IMG/VR virus record: IMGVR_UViG_3300010214_000004
Coordinates: 1-44,171 of that record
DNA from: a virus
Taxonomy: Duplodnaviria; Caudoviricetes
Length of the DNA: 44,171 nt
Direction: 5' to 3' (one strand)
Translations under genes and position numbers: made by a program
Shown: positions 27,253 through 34,892 of the stretch, piece after piece
Position numbering within the stretch: position 1 is the first letter of the stretch
How the letters are laid out: each line of letters starts with the position of its first letter
The notes under the pieces: generated by a model
What the model was told of the DNA's origin: nothing
The model's database searches: none
The model's input: the letters and a program-made list of their open reading frames with translations, nothing else

Positions 27253-27665
27253 AGGCCGCGGGAACCGCCGTCAGCCTCACGGCCGGCGGCCTGATCCTGG
27301 CGACGATCGCCAACGGCGAGGAGCTGTTCACCATGCTCCGCGCGGCGGTCGACTTCCTCTCCTACTCGGCCACGAAGATGCCGCTCGGCGCCGCGTGGTT
27401 CGGCGCCGCACTGGTCGCCGGCATGGCCCTGATGCACGTCCTGCGCCGGTTCATCCCGGACACCCGCCGGCAAGACCTGATGCACCTGCGCCTGACCTTC
27501 ATCGAGTTGACCTCGATGCTGGCCGCGTTCTTCGTGTACTGGCTCAACGACAAGAGCCTGATCGGCGCCGTGGGCGGGCTCGCGGCTGCGGCGCTGGTCT
27601 CGGTCGCCTACCGCGCCGTGGCGTCGCTCCTGAGCGCGCTGGCGCGGCGAGTGACGCTCGGGTGA
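27249..27665 (+). CDS. putative holin (multi-TM)
   Basis: GTG 27249; three to four hydrophobic segments; directly before spanins. Confidence 0.65.
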   Translation: MKAAGTAVSLTAGGLILATIANGEELFTMLRAAVDFLSYSATKMPLGAAWFGAALVAGMALMHVLRRFIPDTRRQDLMHLRLTFIELTSMLAAFFVYWLNDKSLIGAVGGLAAAALVSVAYRAVASLLSALARRVTLG

Positions 27666-28054
27666 TCGTGCCGCCGTGGGTTCGTCTGCTGGTGGCCGCG
27701 GCCGTGGTCTGCGGCTCATTCGGCGCAGGCTGGTACGTCAACGGGCAGCGGCACGAGAACAAGGCGCTGCGCGCCGACGCGGGCCGGCGGGATGCGCTGA
27801 ACAAGGCTGTCGAGGCTGAGCGCGAGCGCGCCGACGGTTACAGCCGGCAGGTCATCGCGCTGCTGGAAGCCACGCCACCCGTCACCAACACCATCCGGGA
27901 GACGATTCGTGAAAATCCCAGCAAGTGCGTGCGTCCTGCTCCTGTCACTGACGGCCTGCACCAGGCACTCAGTCGAGCTAATCAAGCCATCGCCGCCGCG
28001 GGAGGCAATGGTGCTCTGCCCGCCGATGCCGGTGAAACCGTCAAACCCGACTGA
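27662..28054 (+). CDS. rz: i-spanin (Rz-like)
   Basis: N-terminal TM helix, AGWYVNG, coiled coil, single distal Cys. Confidence 0.85.
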   Translation: MIVPPWVRLLVAAAVVCGSFGAGWYVNGQRHENKALRADAGRRDALNKAVEAERERADGYSRQVIALLEATPPVTNTIRETIRENPSKCVRPAPVTDGLHQALSRANQAIAAAGGNGALPADAGETVKPD

Positions 28055-28151
28055 CGATGACAATGCGCTGTGGGAGGCGCAGGTGATTGACTGGGGGGTG
28101 GCGTGTGCTGTGCCGCATAATCGGTTGGTCCGGTGGTTGCTGGAGCGGTGA
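27909..28151 (+). CDS. rz1: o-spanin lipoprotein (Rz1-like), overlapped
   Basis: Lipobox LTAC, Pro-rich, two further Cys; alternate frame overlapping Rz. Confidence 0.85.
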   Translation: MKIPASACVLLLSLTACTRHSVELIKPSPPREAMVLCPPMPVKPSNPTDDDNALWEAQVIDWGVACAVPHNRLVRWLLER

Positions 28152-28222
28152 GCGGGACTTGAACCCGCAACCTGAAACTTCAGCCCCGTAACGTGGGGCC
28201 AGCCCGGCCAGGTCACTGCCGC
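28141..28222 (-). tRNA. non-canonical tRNA-like RNA (Gly-type acceptor, GTT in anticodon-like loop)
   Basis: GCGGCAG...GCCCC-ACGTTAC-GGGGC...GCGGG-TTCAAGT-CCCGC-TCACCGC-T-CCA; perfect T arm and encoded CCA; imperfect acceptor and D arm. Confidence 0.6.
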
Positions 28223-28320
28223 AAGGAACCCATAGGCCCGCGACGCGGTAGACGGCAGCCCTGACTGCCGCTGTTACTCAAAGCGCGACCGACGGCTGCG
28301 CGCCGACAGCACCCACACGA

Positions 28321-28995
28321 TCAGAAGAACTCATCAGTGTTCGTCGGCGCACTTTCTGCCGGCGGCACAGGCTCAGGTTGCGCCACCTCGGCCGGCGTGT
28401 CAACGATCTCGGCAGCGGGTGGCGGCGCATTGGCCGCATCCACCGCTTGAGCCTTCTCTTTCAACTCGGCCGGGCACCCTCCGATGGCCGTCTTCATCGC
28501 TGCCGGCAGACCCTCCCATGCAGCGCGCAGCGACGCCATGCCGCCGCGCGATGCCTGCTCCAGCGCCGTGCGTGCGGCGATCGTGGGATCACGCACGTCC
28601 AGCCGCTTGATGATGACCGGATCTTTCTTTCCGCGCGTCACCGCCAGCGAGAGCTTGATGTCGCCCTCGATGTGCGACATGTGGCTGATACGGATGCCGC
28701 CGACCTCCACGCCGCCCCACTTCACGTCGCGCTTGTTGTAGAGGGTCATCGACTTGCCAACCCACGCCTCGCCATCCTCGCCCCACGCGAAGATCAGCAC
28801 CTTGCGCATGGTCAGGCACGGCTTGTAGGGGCGCCCGGCCTCGTTGGCGTAGTGGACGATGATCGGCTGCTCGCTGTTACCGCGACGGACAGCCGTCACG
28901 GTAATCGTCATGGGGCCGCCGATGAGCTGATCGGCGTTTAGCTGGTCGCTCTTGGGAATTATCGTGTCGGTCAGGTTAGATACGCTGCTATTCAC
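28321..28995 (-). CDS. conserved phage recombination-module protein (putative SSB/annealase)
   Basis: TIIPKSDQLNAD..., PYKPC..MRKVL..WG, GGIRISHMS; acidic-aromatic tail DEFF; downstream of exonuclease. Confidence 0.75.
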   Translation of the reverse strand: MNSSVSNLTDTIIPKSDQLNADQLIGGPMTITVTAVRRGNSEQPIIVHYANEAGRPYKPCLTMRKVLIFAWGEDGEAWVGKSMTLYNKRDVKWGGVEVGGIRISHMSHIEGDIKLSLAVTRGKKDPVIIKRLDVRDPTIAARTALEQASRGGMASLRAAWEGLPAAMKTAIGGCPAELKEKAQAVDAANAPPPAAEIVDTPAEVAQPEPVPPAESAPTNTDEFF

Positions 28996-29471
28996 TATTT
29001 TCTCCCTATCTGCCTTGATGCCTTGGAAAGGTAATTTATTGCGCTTTCTAGGATTTCTGGATCATCTCCAACCACACCTAAAACATGGTTGCATCCTCGG
29101 CACAGCAGACCTCGGATAGCGCCAGATTTGTGACAGTGATCCACATGAAGAACTCCGTGGAACTGAGAAGATTCTTCTACTCTGCAGATTGCACACCTCC
29201 CATTCTGTTCGGAAAGAAGCTTCTCGTAATCCTCGTGAGTTATCCCATATTTCCTAAATAGAGTCCTGCTTCTGGTGGATGCCTTGTGCCGCTGATAAAC
29301 CATCCTGTTGTACCCAGGAATTGATGCTGCGTACTCCGCCATGTACTTCTTCTTGCATAACTTACATTGTGTCTGAAGTGACTTTCCCGACCTCCAGAAG
29401 CCATCTAGCGGCATTAGCACCTTGCACTTAGTACAAATCTTCATTCCTGCCTGCGAGCAGGATTCAGACAT
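28995..29471 (-). CDS. endonuclease VII-family homing endonuclease
   Basis: CTKC...CKLC, KYGIT..DY, QNGRCAIC, LHVDHCH..G.IRGLLC..CN; low GC. Confidence 0.9.
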   Translation of the reverse strand: MSESCSQAGMKICTKCKVLMPLDGFWRSGKSLQTQCKLCKKKYMAEYAASIPGYNRMVYQRHKASTRSRTLFRKYGITHEDYEKLLSEQNGRCAICRVEESSQFHGVLHVDHCHKSGAIRGLLCRGCNHVLGVVGDDPEILESAINYLSKASRQIGRK

Positions 29472-30327
29472 AGGAAATGTTCTCCACCATGTCGGAGTCG
29501 GCCATATCCATGCGGACGTGGATCGATTCCGGGAGGTCAAGCGTGTGGATGTCGTCGGCGTAGGACGGCCAGCGATTCTCGGCCATGCACTGCGCGTAGG
29601 TGTTCAGTGCGCCGCGGTAGGCGTCACGGCCGCGTGAGAGCATCCTGGGGGCCGCCTGGTAGACTACGAACGCGTAGGGCGGCTCCTTCTCCACGGCGAT
29701 GAAGAAGAAGTCCTCCGGCGGCGGCTCACTGCCTTCCCATGCGCACACGTCGAGATAGAACGGAGCCTGCTGGAAGTAGCCGTAACGGTAGGCCGACCAC
29801 ATGAAGTTCTCGGCATCGGCCCGCTCGGTGGTCTTCAGGTCGGCAAGCACGCGACGGCCGGTGATCGTGGTGTCGCTGTCGGGGCGACACTTCACCAGCA
29901 CGCCGGTCTCGGGATCGCGCGCGAACACTGACCGTTCGTTGTGCCCGCCACGCAGTAGTTCGCGCACGGTGGCGTTGGCGTGCAGCGCGTCGGCGATGAA
30001 CATCGACTGGCTGTACTCGTCGGCAGATATGGGCGTGCGGTTCGGGTTCGCCAGTTCCCACGCCTCACGGATCGCCTTGCCTTCCTTCGTCCGCATGTCG
30101 GCCTTCGGCATGACGCCGTAGGTCTGCGTGAACAGTTCGGGCTCCAGCGCCGCCAAGTGCAGGCGGCTGCCGGCAAGCATGGCTGGCGTCGGGATGCGCG
30201 GCTGGTGGAGCGATGCGAAGTAGTGGGCCGGCGTGCGCTCGCTGATGATGCGCAGACCGGAGTTGCTGATACCGTCAGCGGCGTGGTACTGCTCGCTGGA
30301 CAGGTCGGTGTAGATGCCAGGTTGCAT
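29464..30327 (-). CDS. RecE/exonuclease VIII-like PD-(D/E)xK nuclease
   Basis: YHA..GISNS, KCRPD, DLKTT, Y..QAPFY, FIAVEKEPPY. Confidence 0.9.
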   Translation of the reverse strand: MQPGIYTDLSSEQYHAADGISNSGLRIISERTPAHYFASLHQPRIPTPAMLAGSRLHLAALEPELFTQTYGVMPKADMRTKEGKAIREAWELANPNRTPISADEYSQSMFIADALHANATVRELLRGGHNERSVFARDPETGVLVKCRPDSDTTITGRRVLADLKTTERADAENFMWSAYRYGYFQQAPFYLDVCAWEGSEPPPEDFFFIAVEKEPPYAFVVYQAAPRMLSRGRDAYRGALNTYAQCMAENRWPSYADDIHTLDLPESIHVRMDMADSDMVENISYV

Positions 30328-30375
30328 GATTCCTCCGTCAAGGAAGGCGCCCCATACCGGCAGCGCCGTTGGTGG

Positions 30376-30597
30376 TTATTCGCTGGCCGGCGTCAGCGGA
30401 AGGTCGGGCTGATCGGCGCGAGCCAGAACAGCCTCGGCGTCATTGATCGATCCCGGCGGCAGGGCGATGATCTCGCCGCCGGTCAGGCGCTTGGCGGTGA
30501 CGCCGAGCAGGGCTGCTCGCCGAGCCTGCTGGGCATCCTTGGCGAGCCAGTGGCCGAAGCCTTCGACGTTGTAGACGTGTTTTTCGGTGACAGACAC
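30376..30597 (-). CDS. hypothetical protein
   Basis: GTG 30597 with AGGAG RBS; first gene after leftward promoter. Confidence 0.7.
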   Translation of the reverse strand: MSVTEKHVYNVEGFGHWLAKDAQQARRAALLGVTAKRLTGGEIIALPPGSINDAEAVLARADQPDLPLTPASE

Positions 30598-30628
30598 GGA
30601 AACTCCTGTTGGTGGTTGTGACGGTTGA

Positions 30629-30679
30629 ATCGTGCCCCACAAATAACCCCTTGTCAACCCCCTTTTTGCATGTTACTGT
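30629..30679. promoter_or_regulatory. back-to-back divergent sigma70 promoters sharing their -35 region
   Basis: Minus strand TTGACA(30657-30652)-17-CACGAT; plus strand TTGTCA(30651)-17-TACTGT with extended TG; two AACCCC boxes 11 bp apart. Confidence 0.75.
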
Positions 30680-30709
30680 CTGCCCCGTATCCACAGATGA
30701 GGTGCCGCC

Positions 30710-30880
30710 ATGGCTACCAAGTACGAGAAAGAACTGGCCGCCTACGCCGCTCGCCGCTCCGAGATCGTGAAGCTGCACAGCACGGGCCGCTGGACCTACA
30801 AGGAGATCGGCCTGAAGGTCAAGCCTCCGATTTCGGCGCAGCGGGTGCGGCAGATTTTGGTGCAGGAGGGGGTGAAGTGA
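30710..30880 (+). CDS. 56-aa HTH regulator (not in ORF track)
   Basis: MATKYEKELAAYAARRSEIVKLHSTGRWTYKEIGLKVKPPISAQRVRQILVQEGVK; GAGG RBS. Confidence 0.85.
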   Translation: MATKYEKELAAYAARRSEIVKLHSTGRWTYKEIGLKVKPPISAQRVRQILVQEGVK

Positions 30881-30905
30881 TGCCCCTCCACCACATGAGG
30901 TATGG

Positions 30906-31202
30906 GTGATGAGTGAGAAGCTGGACTATCAAGAGATCATGTGGGCTGAACAGAAACCTGACGTGTACGCCGGCCCGAACTGCGACGAGCATAGGGCGAG
31001 ATGGTGGATCTACGCCGATGGCGACAAGCAGGGCGATTGGGATTCGCGCCTTAGCCTGATTGCCAACGGGTTTCCGCCAGGAACCAAAGTTACGGTTAGC
31101 GTTCCATGCTGCCCAACTTGCAAGTTGGATGCGCAGATGTGCGCCGAAACAGGAGGCTGCGACTTCGACTGGCAAAAATGGGCCGAAGATCGGTACAGCT
31201 AG
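30906..31202 (+). CDS. hypothetical protein, Cys-rich C-terminus
   Basis: 98 aa; CCPTC...C...C. Confidence 0.7.
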   Translation: MMSEKLDYQEIMWAEQKPDVYAGPNCDEHRARWWIYADGDKQGDWDSRLSLIANGFPPGTKVTVSVPCCPTCKLDAQMCAETGGCDFDWQKWAEDRYS

Positions 31203-31234
31203 GCAACAACCCCCTAACGTGCGGGAGAGGAGTG

Positions 31235-31588
31235 ATGGACCCTAATCGCCATGCGTTCCTGATGTCCCTTCGCGAGGGTGACGTGGTGCGCCTGAATGGG
31301 CGTCTGCGTGTCATTCGGCACGCGACGGAGCCGAAGGTGTACATGGGGCGCGGCAGGAGCGGGCCGGCGAAGCGCCACTTCTACTTCGCCATCCTCCGCT
31401 GTTCGTGGACGCATCGGCCTTACACCTGCATGTCCAGCACATCGCTCGGCAACCTGAAAACGAACATCGAACTGGTTGCCAGGAACTACAGGCCACGCCA
31501 GCCAATCGAAGCAATCCTGGCTCAGGACTGCAAGGCGGCGGGCGGCAAGTCAAGGCTAGACTGCTGCCAGATCAAAGGCATCGGCTAA
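31235..31588 (+). CDS. hypothetical protein
   Basis: ATG 31235 after GAGAGGAG. Confidence 0.65.
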   Translation: MDPNRHAFLMSLREGDVVRLNGRLRVIRHATEPKVYMGRGRSGPAKRHFYFAILRCSWTHRPYTCMSSTSLGNLKTNIELVARNYRPRQPIEAILAQDCKAAGGKSRLDCCQIKGIG

Positions 31589-31637
31589 CCCCCACAACCA
31601 TACGCCATAGGAGGCGGAGGCGTGACGGCGCCTTACC

Positions 31638-33107
31638 ATGCAACTACGCCAATACCAACTCGACCTAGTGCAACAGGCCCGCGATGCCATTCGCGCCGGC
31701 CACAAGCGCATCGTCATCCAGATGGGCACGGGCGGTGGGAAAACCCCGACCGGATGCTCCATCATCGAAGGCGCCTACCAACGCGGCCACGAAGTCTGGG
31801 TCGTGTGCCACAAGAACTTCCTTGTCGAGCAAATGAGCGACAAGCTGAAGCGATTCGGCGTGCAGCACGGCATCCTCGCTTCGGGAACGGCCTACAACCC
31901 GCGTCAGCGCGTCCACGTATGCAGTCTCGGTGTCCTGCGAAACCGCCACCACAGGATGCGTCCGCCTTCTGTGATGCTATGGGACGAGTGCCACCACCTA
32001 GGCGCGAGGACGTGGACGGAGATCATGCAGGCGTACCCGGATACGCTGCATATTGGTCTGACGGCCACGCCTATCCGGCCTGGCGGAGGCGGACTCGGCG
32101 ATCACTTCCAGCACCTCATCGTTGGCCCATCCGTGGCGGACCTGATCGAGTGGGGGAAGCTGCACGCAGGCGAGGGACTGTGCGGCTACCGCTACTTCTC
32201 CGTGCAGTCGTCCATCAACACCGCCGGCCTCCATTCGCGCGCTGGCGAGTTCATCGCTGAGGAGCAGGCGGAGATTCTGGACAAGCCGGCGATCATTGGC
32301 GATGCAGTGGCGGAGTTTCGGAAGCACTGTCCTGATCGTAGGTTTCTGACATTCGCTGTTAACGTGGCCCATGCCGAGCACGTTGCCGAGCAGTACCGAG
32401 CTGACGGAATCAATTGCGTTAGTCTGGACGGTGAGAGCGACAAGAAGCACGGGAAGGGATACGTAAAGCGCGCGCTTTCCGCTCTCGATGCTGGCGAGAT
32501 ACAGGGCGTCTCGTCGGTCAACCTGTTCCTCGAAGGTCTCGACGTATCGTCGATCAATTGCGTCCAATGGCTTCGCGCCACGAAGTCGCGCGTGGTGAAG
32601 ATGCAGGGGGATGGGCGCGGTCTGCGCAACGAACCCGGCAAAGACCACCTAGTCATCCTCGATCACGTCGAGAACTGGAAGCGCTTCGGCCTGCCAGACG
32701 ATCACGTCGAGTGGGACTTGGAGCCGTCGCATCGCCAAGCCGCCACCGATCCTTCGCAGTACCGCGAATGCAAGGTGTGCTTCAGTCGGTTCCGAAACAC
32801 ACTGCTGGTGTGTCCCGAGTGCAACACTACGGTCGATGTCGCTGTGCGGAAGATCGAGGAGCGAGACGGCGAGTTGGTCGAGCTTACGCCTGACGTGGTG
32901 CGTAAGGCCATCAACCCAGCCCGCATCGAACAAGGCCGCACCAAATCACTCGAAGGGCTGGTTGACCTATTCAAGCGCCAGATGGCCGAGAAGCTGGGTA
33001 GGCCGCTGACGCCGGACGAAGCGCAGAAGCAGGTTCGCCGTGCAGGATATGTCATTCAGGCGCGCATGGCGAAGCAGCGACCAACGCAAGGGAGCGACTG
33101 GCTATGA
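31638..33107 (+). CDS. SF2 DEAD/DEAH-box helicase with Zn finger
   Basis: LRQYQ, GTGGGKT, DECHH, LTATP, EGLD, Q..GRGLR, CxxC..CxxC. Confidence 0.95.
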   Translation: MQLRQYQLDLVQQARDAIRAGHKRIVIQMGTGGGKTPTGCSIIEGAYQRGHEVWVVCHKNFLVEQMSDKLKRFGVQHGILASGTAYNPRQRVHVCSLGVLRNRHHRMRPPSVMLWDECHHLGARTWTEIMQAYPDTLHIGLTATPIRPGGGGLGDHFQHLIVGPSVADLIEWGKLHAGEGLCGYRYFSVQSSINTAGLHSRAGEFIAEEQAEILDKPAIIGDAVAEFRKHCPDRRFLTFAVNVAHAEHVAEQYRADGINCVSLDGESDKKHGKGYVKRALSALDAGEIQGVSSVNLFLEGLDVSSINCVQWLRATKSRVVKMQGDGRGLRNEPGKDHLVILDHVENWKRFGLPDDHVEWDLEPSHRQAATDPSQYRECKVCFSRFRNTLLVCPECNTTVDVAVRKIEERDGELVELTPDVVRKAINPARIEQGRTKSLEGLVDLFKRQMAEKLGRPLTPDEAQKQVRRAGYVIQARMAKQRPTQGSDWL

Positions 33108-33361
33108 GTCACGTCCGCTGCCGTAAGTGCGATGGTCGGCGTACACTGCCCAAGCACCCTGACGCCTACCTGCGCAAGCCTCCTCGCTGCCGAACGCCGG
33201 GATGCAAGAGTACGGAATACCGCGTCGATCGATACCGCGAAATGAAAGAGATCGGCGTCCGTGGCTGCCGATGCTTCGGATACCACTTCCCACACCACAA
33301 AGGCCGCGGCGCGTGCCTGCATAACCCGGAGGCAGAGAAGTACCATGACGAGCAAAGATGA
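33104..33361 (+). CDS. Cys/His-rich hypothetical protein
   Basis: RCRKC...CRC.GYHFPH..G..AC. Confidence 0.75.
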   Translation: MSHVRCRKCDGRRTLPKHPDAYLRKPPRCRTPGCKSTEYRVDRYREMKEIGVRGCRCFGYHFPHHKGRGACLHNPEAEKYHDEQR

Positions 33362-33620
33362 GAATCGGGCGGCGTACCCGGAGATGACTGCGATCATCGA
33401 CCAGGTGCGCGCTACGGGCGGCACTGTGACGGCTGCGTGGGTAGAGGACGAGGAAGGGCGCGTGCTGGTAGGCCGTCGTCCGCAGGGAGAGCATCGGTGG
33501 GCTGAGGTGGAGCATTGGCCGGCGGATGTGGCGAAGGCGGTGGCGTTGCCAGCGCCGCCGGAACGAGTCCGAAAGGTCGGCCGGGCGACGGCTATTAGGG
33601 GGAAGCGCAATGGGCGGTGA
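33345..33620 (+). CDS. hypothetical protein
   Basis: MTSKDENRAAYPEM..IID.VR; overlaps neighbours. Confidence 0.7.
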   Translation: MTSKDENRAAYPEMTAIIDQVRATGGTVTAAWVEDEEGRVLVGRRPQGEHRWAEVEHWPADVAKAVALPAPPERVRKVGRATAIRGKRNGR

Positions 33621-34071
33621 GAGCAAAATCCAAACCGACATCCGCGACAAGCTATCGAACGGTAGCGTCCGCCTATTCAGAAACACCGTCGGCCAGGGCC
33701 TCATGATCGCCCACAAGCACAGCTTCACCGCGCAGGCGATCATCACCAAGGTTCTCGACCTGGTGCGCAGCCTCGGCGGCCACGCCCAACGTATTCGATT
33801 CGGCCTCGCTGTAGGTTCCGGCGACCTGATCGGCTACCGCCGGGTGAAGATCACCCCGGAAATGGTCGGGCGCGACGTGGCGGTCTTCCTGTCGTGCGAG
33901 GTCAAGACCGAGAAGGGTCCGGTTCGCGAGGAGCAGTACCGATGGGCGGCGCATATCAATTCCGTCGGCGGCATCGCGGTTATCGCCCGCTCACTGGACG
34001 CCGCTCGCGCCGAGCTTGACAAGCCCTTTATTGGGGTGGATGCTAAGGGTTCACGCCCGGAGGAGCCATGA
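33610..34071 (+). CDS. VRR-NUC domain nuclease
   Basis: ESKIQ, LFRNTVG, GSGDLIG, EVKT..G....EQ, GGIA..ARS. Confidence 0.9.
   Translation: MGGESKIQTDIRDKLSNGSVRLFRNTVGQGLMIAHKHSFTAQAIITKVLDLVRSLGGHAQRIRFGLAVGSGDLIGYRRVKITPEMVGRDVAVFLSCEVKTEKGPVREEQYRWAAHINSVGGIAVIARSLDAARAELDKPFIGVDAKGSRPEEP
34016..34044 (+). promoter_or_regulatory. internal sigma70-type promoter
   Basis: TTGACA-17-GATGCT inside the VRR-NUC 3' end. Confidence 0.5.
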
Positions 34072-34235
34072 CCACCAACACCCACGACGTGCAACGCAAG
34101 CAGGTCGAGCACGACGCGCTGAACCAAGACCTGCAAACCTACCTCGACTCTGGCAAGATGATCGAGATCCTTGGGCCGACGCCGGTCCGCCACCCCAACC
34201 GAGACTACAGCTATGCCCGCAAAGAAAATCCGTGA
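34068..34235 (+). CDS. 55-aa SutA-like RNA polymerase-binding protein (not in ORF track)
   Basis: KQVEHDALNQDLQTYLDSGKMIEIL resembles the SutA helix; GGAGGAG RBS; ATGA overlap. Confidence 0.65.
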   Translation: MTTNTHDVQRKQVEHDALNQDLQTYLDSGKMIEILGPTPVRHPNRDYSYARKENP

Positions 34236-34527
34236 CCTCGCGGTTAAGACGGGTTCGTATACCGTCAACGGCGAGACCAAGGGCCGGTACAAGAACGTCG
34301 GCAGCCTGATGCAATCTGAAGACGGCAGCAAGTTCATCCTGCTCGATACCACCTTCAATCCGGCCGGTGTGCCGAACCCGGACAACCGCGACAACGTGCT
34401 GATCTCGATCTTCGAGCTTCGCGAGGAAGGTGGCGGCCAGCGCCAGCAGTCGGCTCCGGTGCAGCGGCAGGCGCCGCAGCAGCCGCCGTCCGTCGCGAAC
34501 TTCGACGACGATGACATCCCGTTCTGA
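34213..34527 (+). CDS. ssb: single-stranded DNA-binding protein (short phage type)
   Basis: Y..NGETK.RY.NVG; Gln/Pro linker; C-terminal FDDDDIPF. Confidence 0.8.
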   Translation: MPAKKIRDLAVKTGSYTVNGETKGRYKNVGSLMQSEDGSKFILLDTTFNPAGVPNPDNRDNVLISIFELREEGGGQRQQSAPVQRQAPQQPPSVANFDDDDIPF

Positions 34528-34552
34528 TCCACCATAGCCCCAGGAGGGCATC

Positions 34553-34804
34553 ATGACCGACGACAACATCCCGCAGAGCCCGATGCGGCCAGCTATCAAG
34601 GGCTACCGCAAGTTCAGCCAGCAGACCAGCGACTTCATCAACGACGTGAAGGCGCACGGCGAAGCGTTCCAAGCCCTTCTGGATCGAGCCAACAGCCTCG
34701 ACGACGTGGCCGACCAGCGCGCTGTCGCACTCGCGAAGACGCATTTCCAAGAGGGCGCGATGTGGTTGATCCGCGCTGCGGCAAAGCCTGACGGACTGTT
34801 CTAA
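34553..34804 (+). CDS. acb2: Acb2-family anti-CBASS cyclic-nucleotide sponge
   Basis: IKGYR.FS, IN.VK..G, R..ALAKT..Q.G.M..IRA.AKP. Confidence 0.85.
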   Translation: MTDDNIPQSPMRPAIKGYRKFSQQTSDFINDVKAHGEAFQALLDRANSLDDVADQRAVALAKTHFQEGAMWLIRAAAKPDGLF

Positions 34805-34814
34805 GCGTTCCCCC

Positions 34815-34887
34815 GCCAGGACAGCCACCCCGCGGTGGTTTCCGTGCCGTCACACGGATTACTGGCCCCTATTCTGGCTTGACGGAG
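34815..34887 (+). promoter_or_regulatory. structured RNA leader of the replication helicase gene
   Basis: Two hairpins closed by GCCAG/CTGGC; loop CCGTCA complementary to TGACGG at the RBS. Confidence 0.5.
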
Positions 34888-34892
34888 CCGTG

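Noticed and set aside
28141-28170. tRNA 3' half as an attP site
   Set aside because: No integrase or recombinase recognised, and a matching 5' acceptor strand and internal arms are present
30625-30909. 94-aa ORF from the track
   Set aside because: Starts within the promoter; the alternate-frame 56-aa HTH has an RBS and a clear motif
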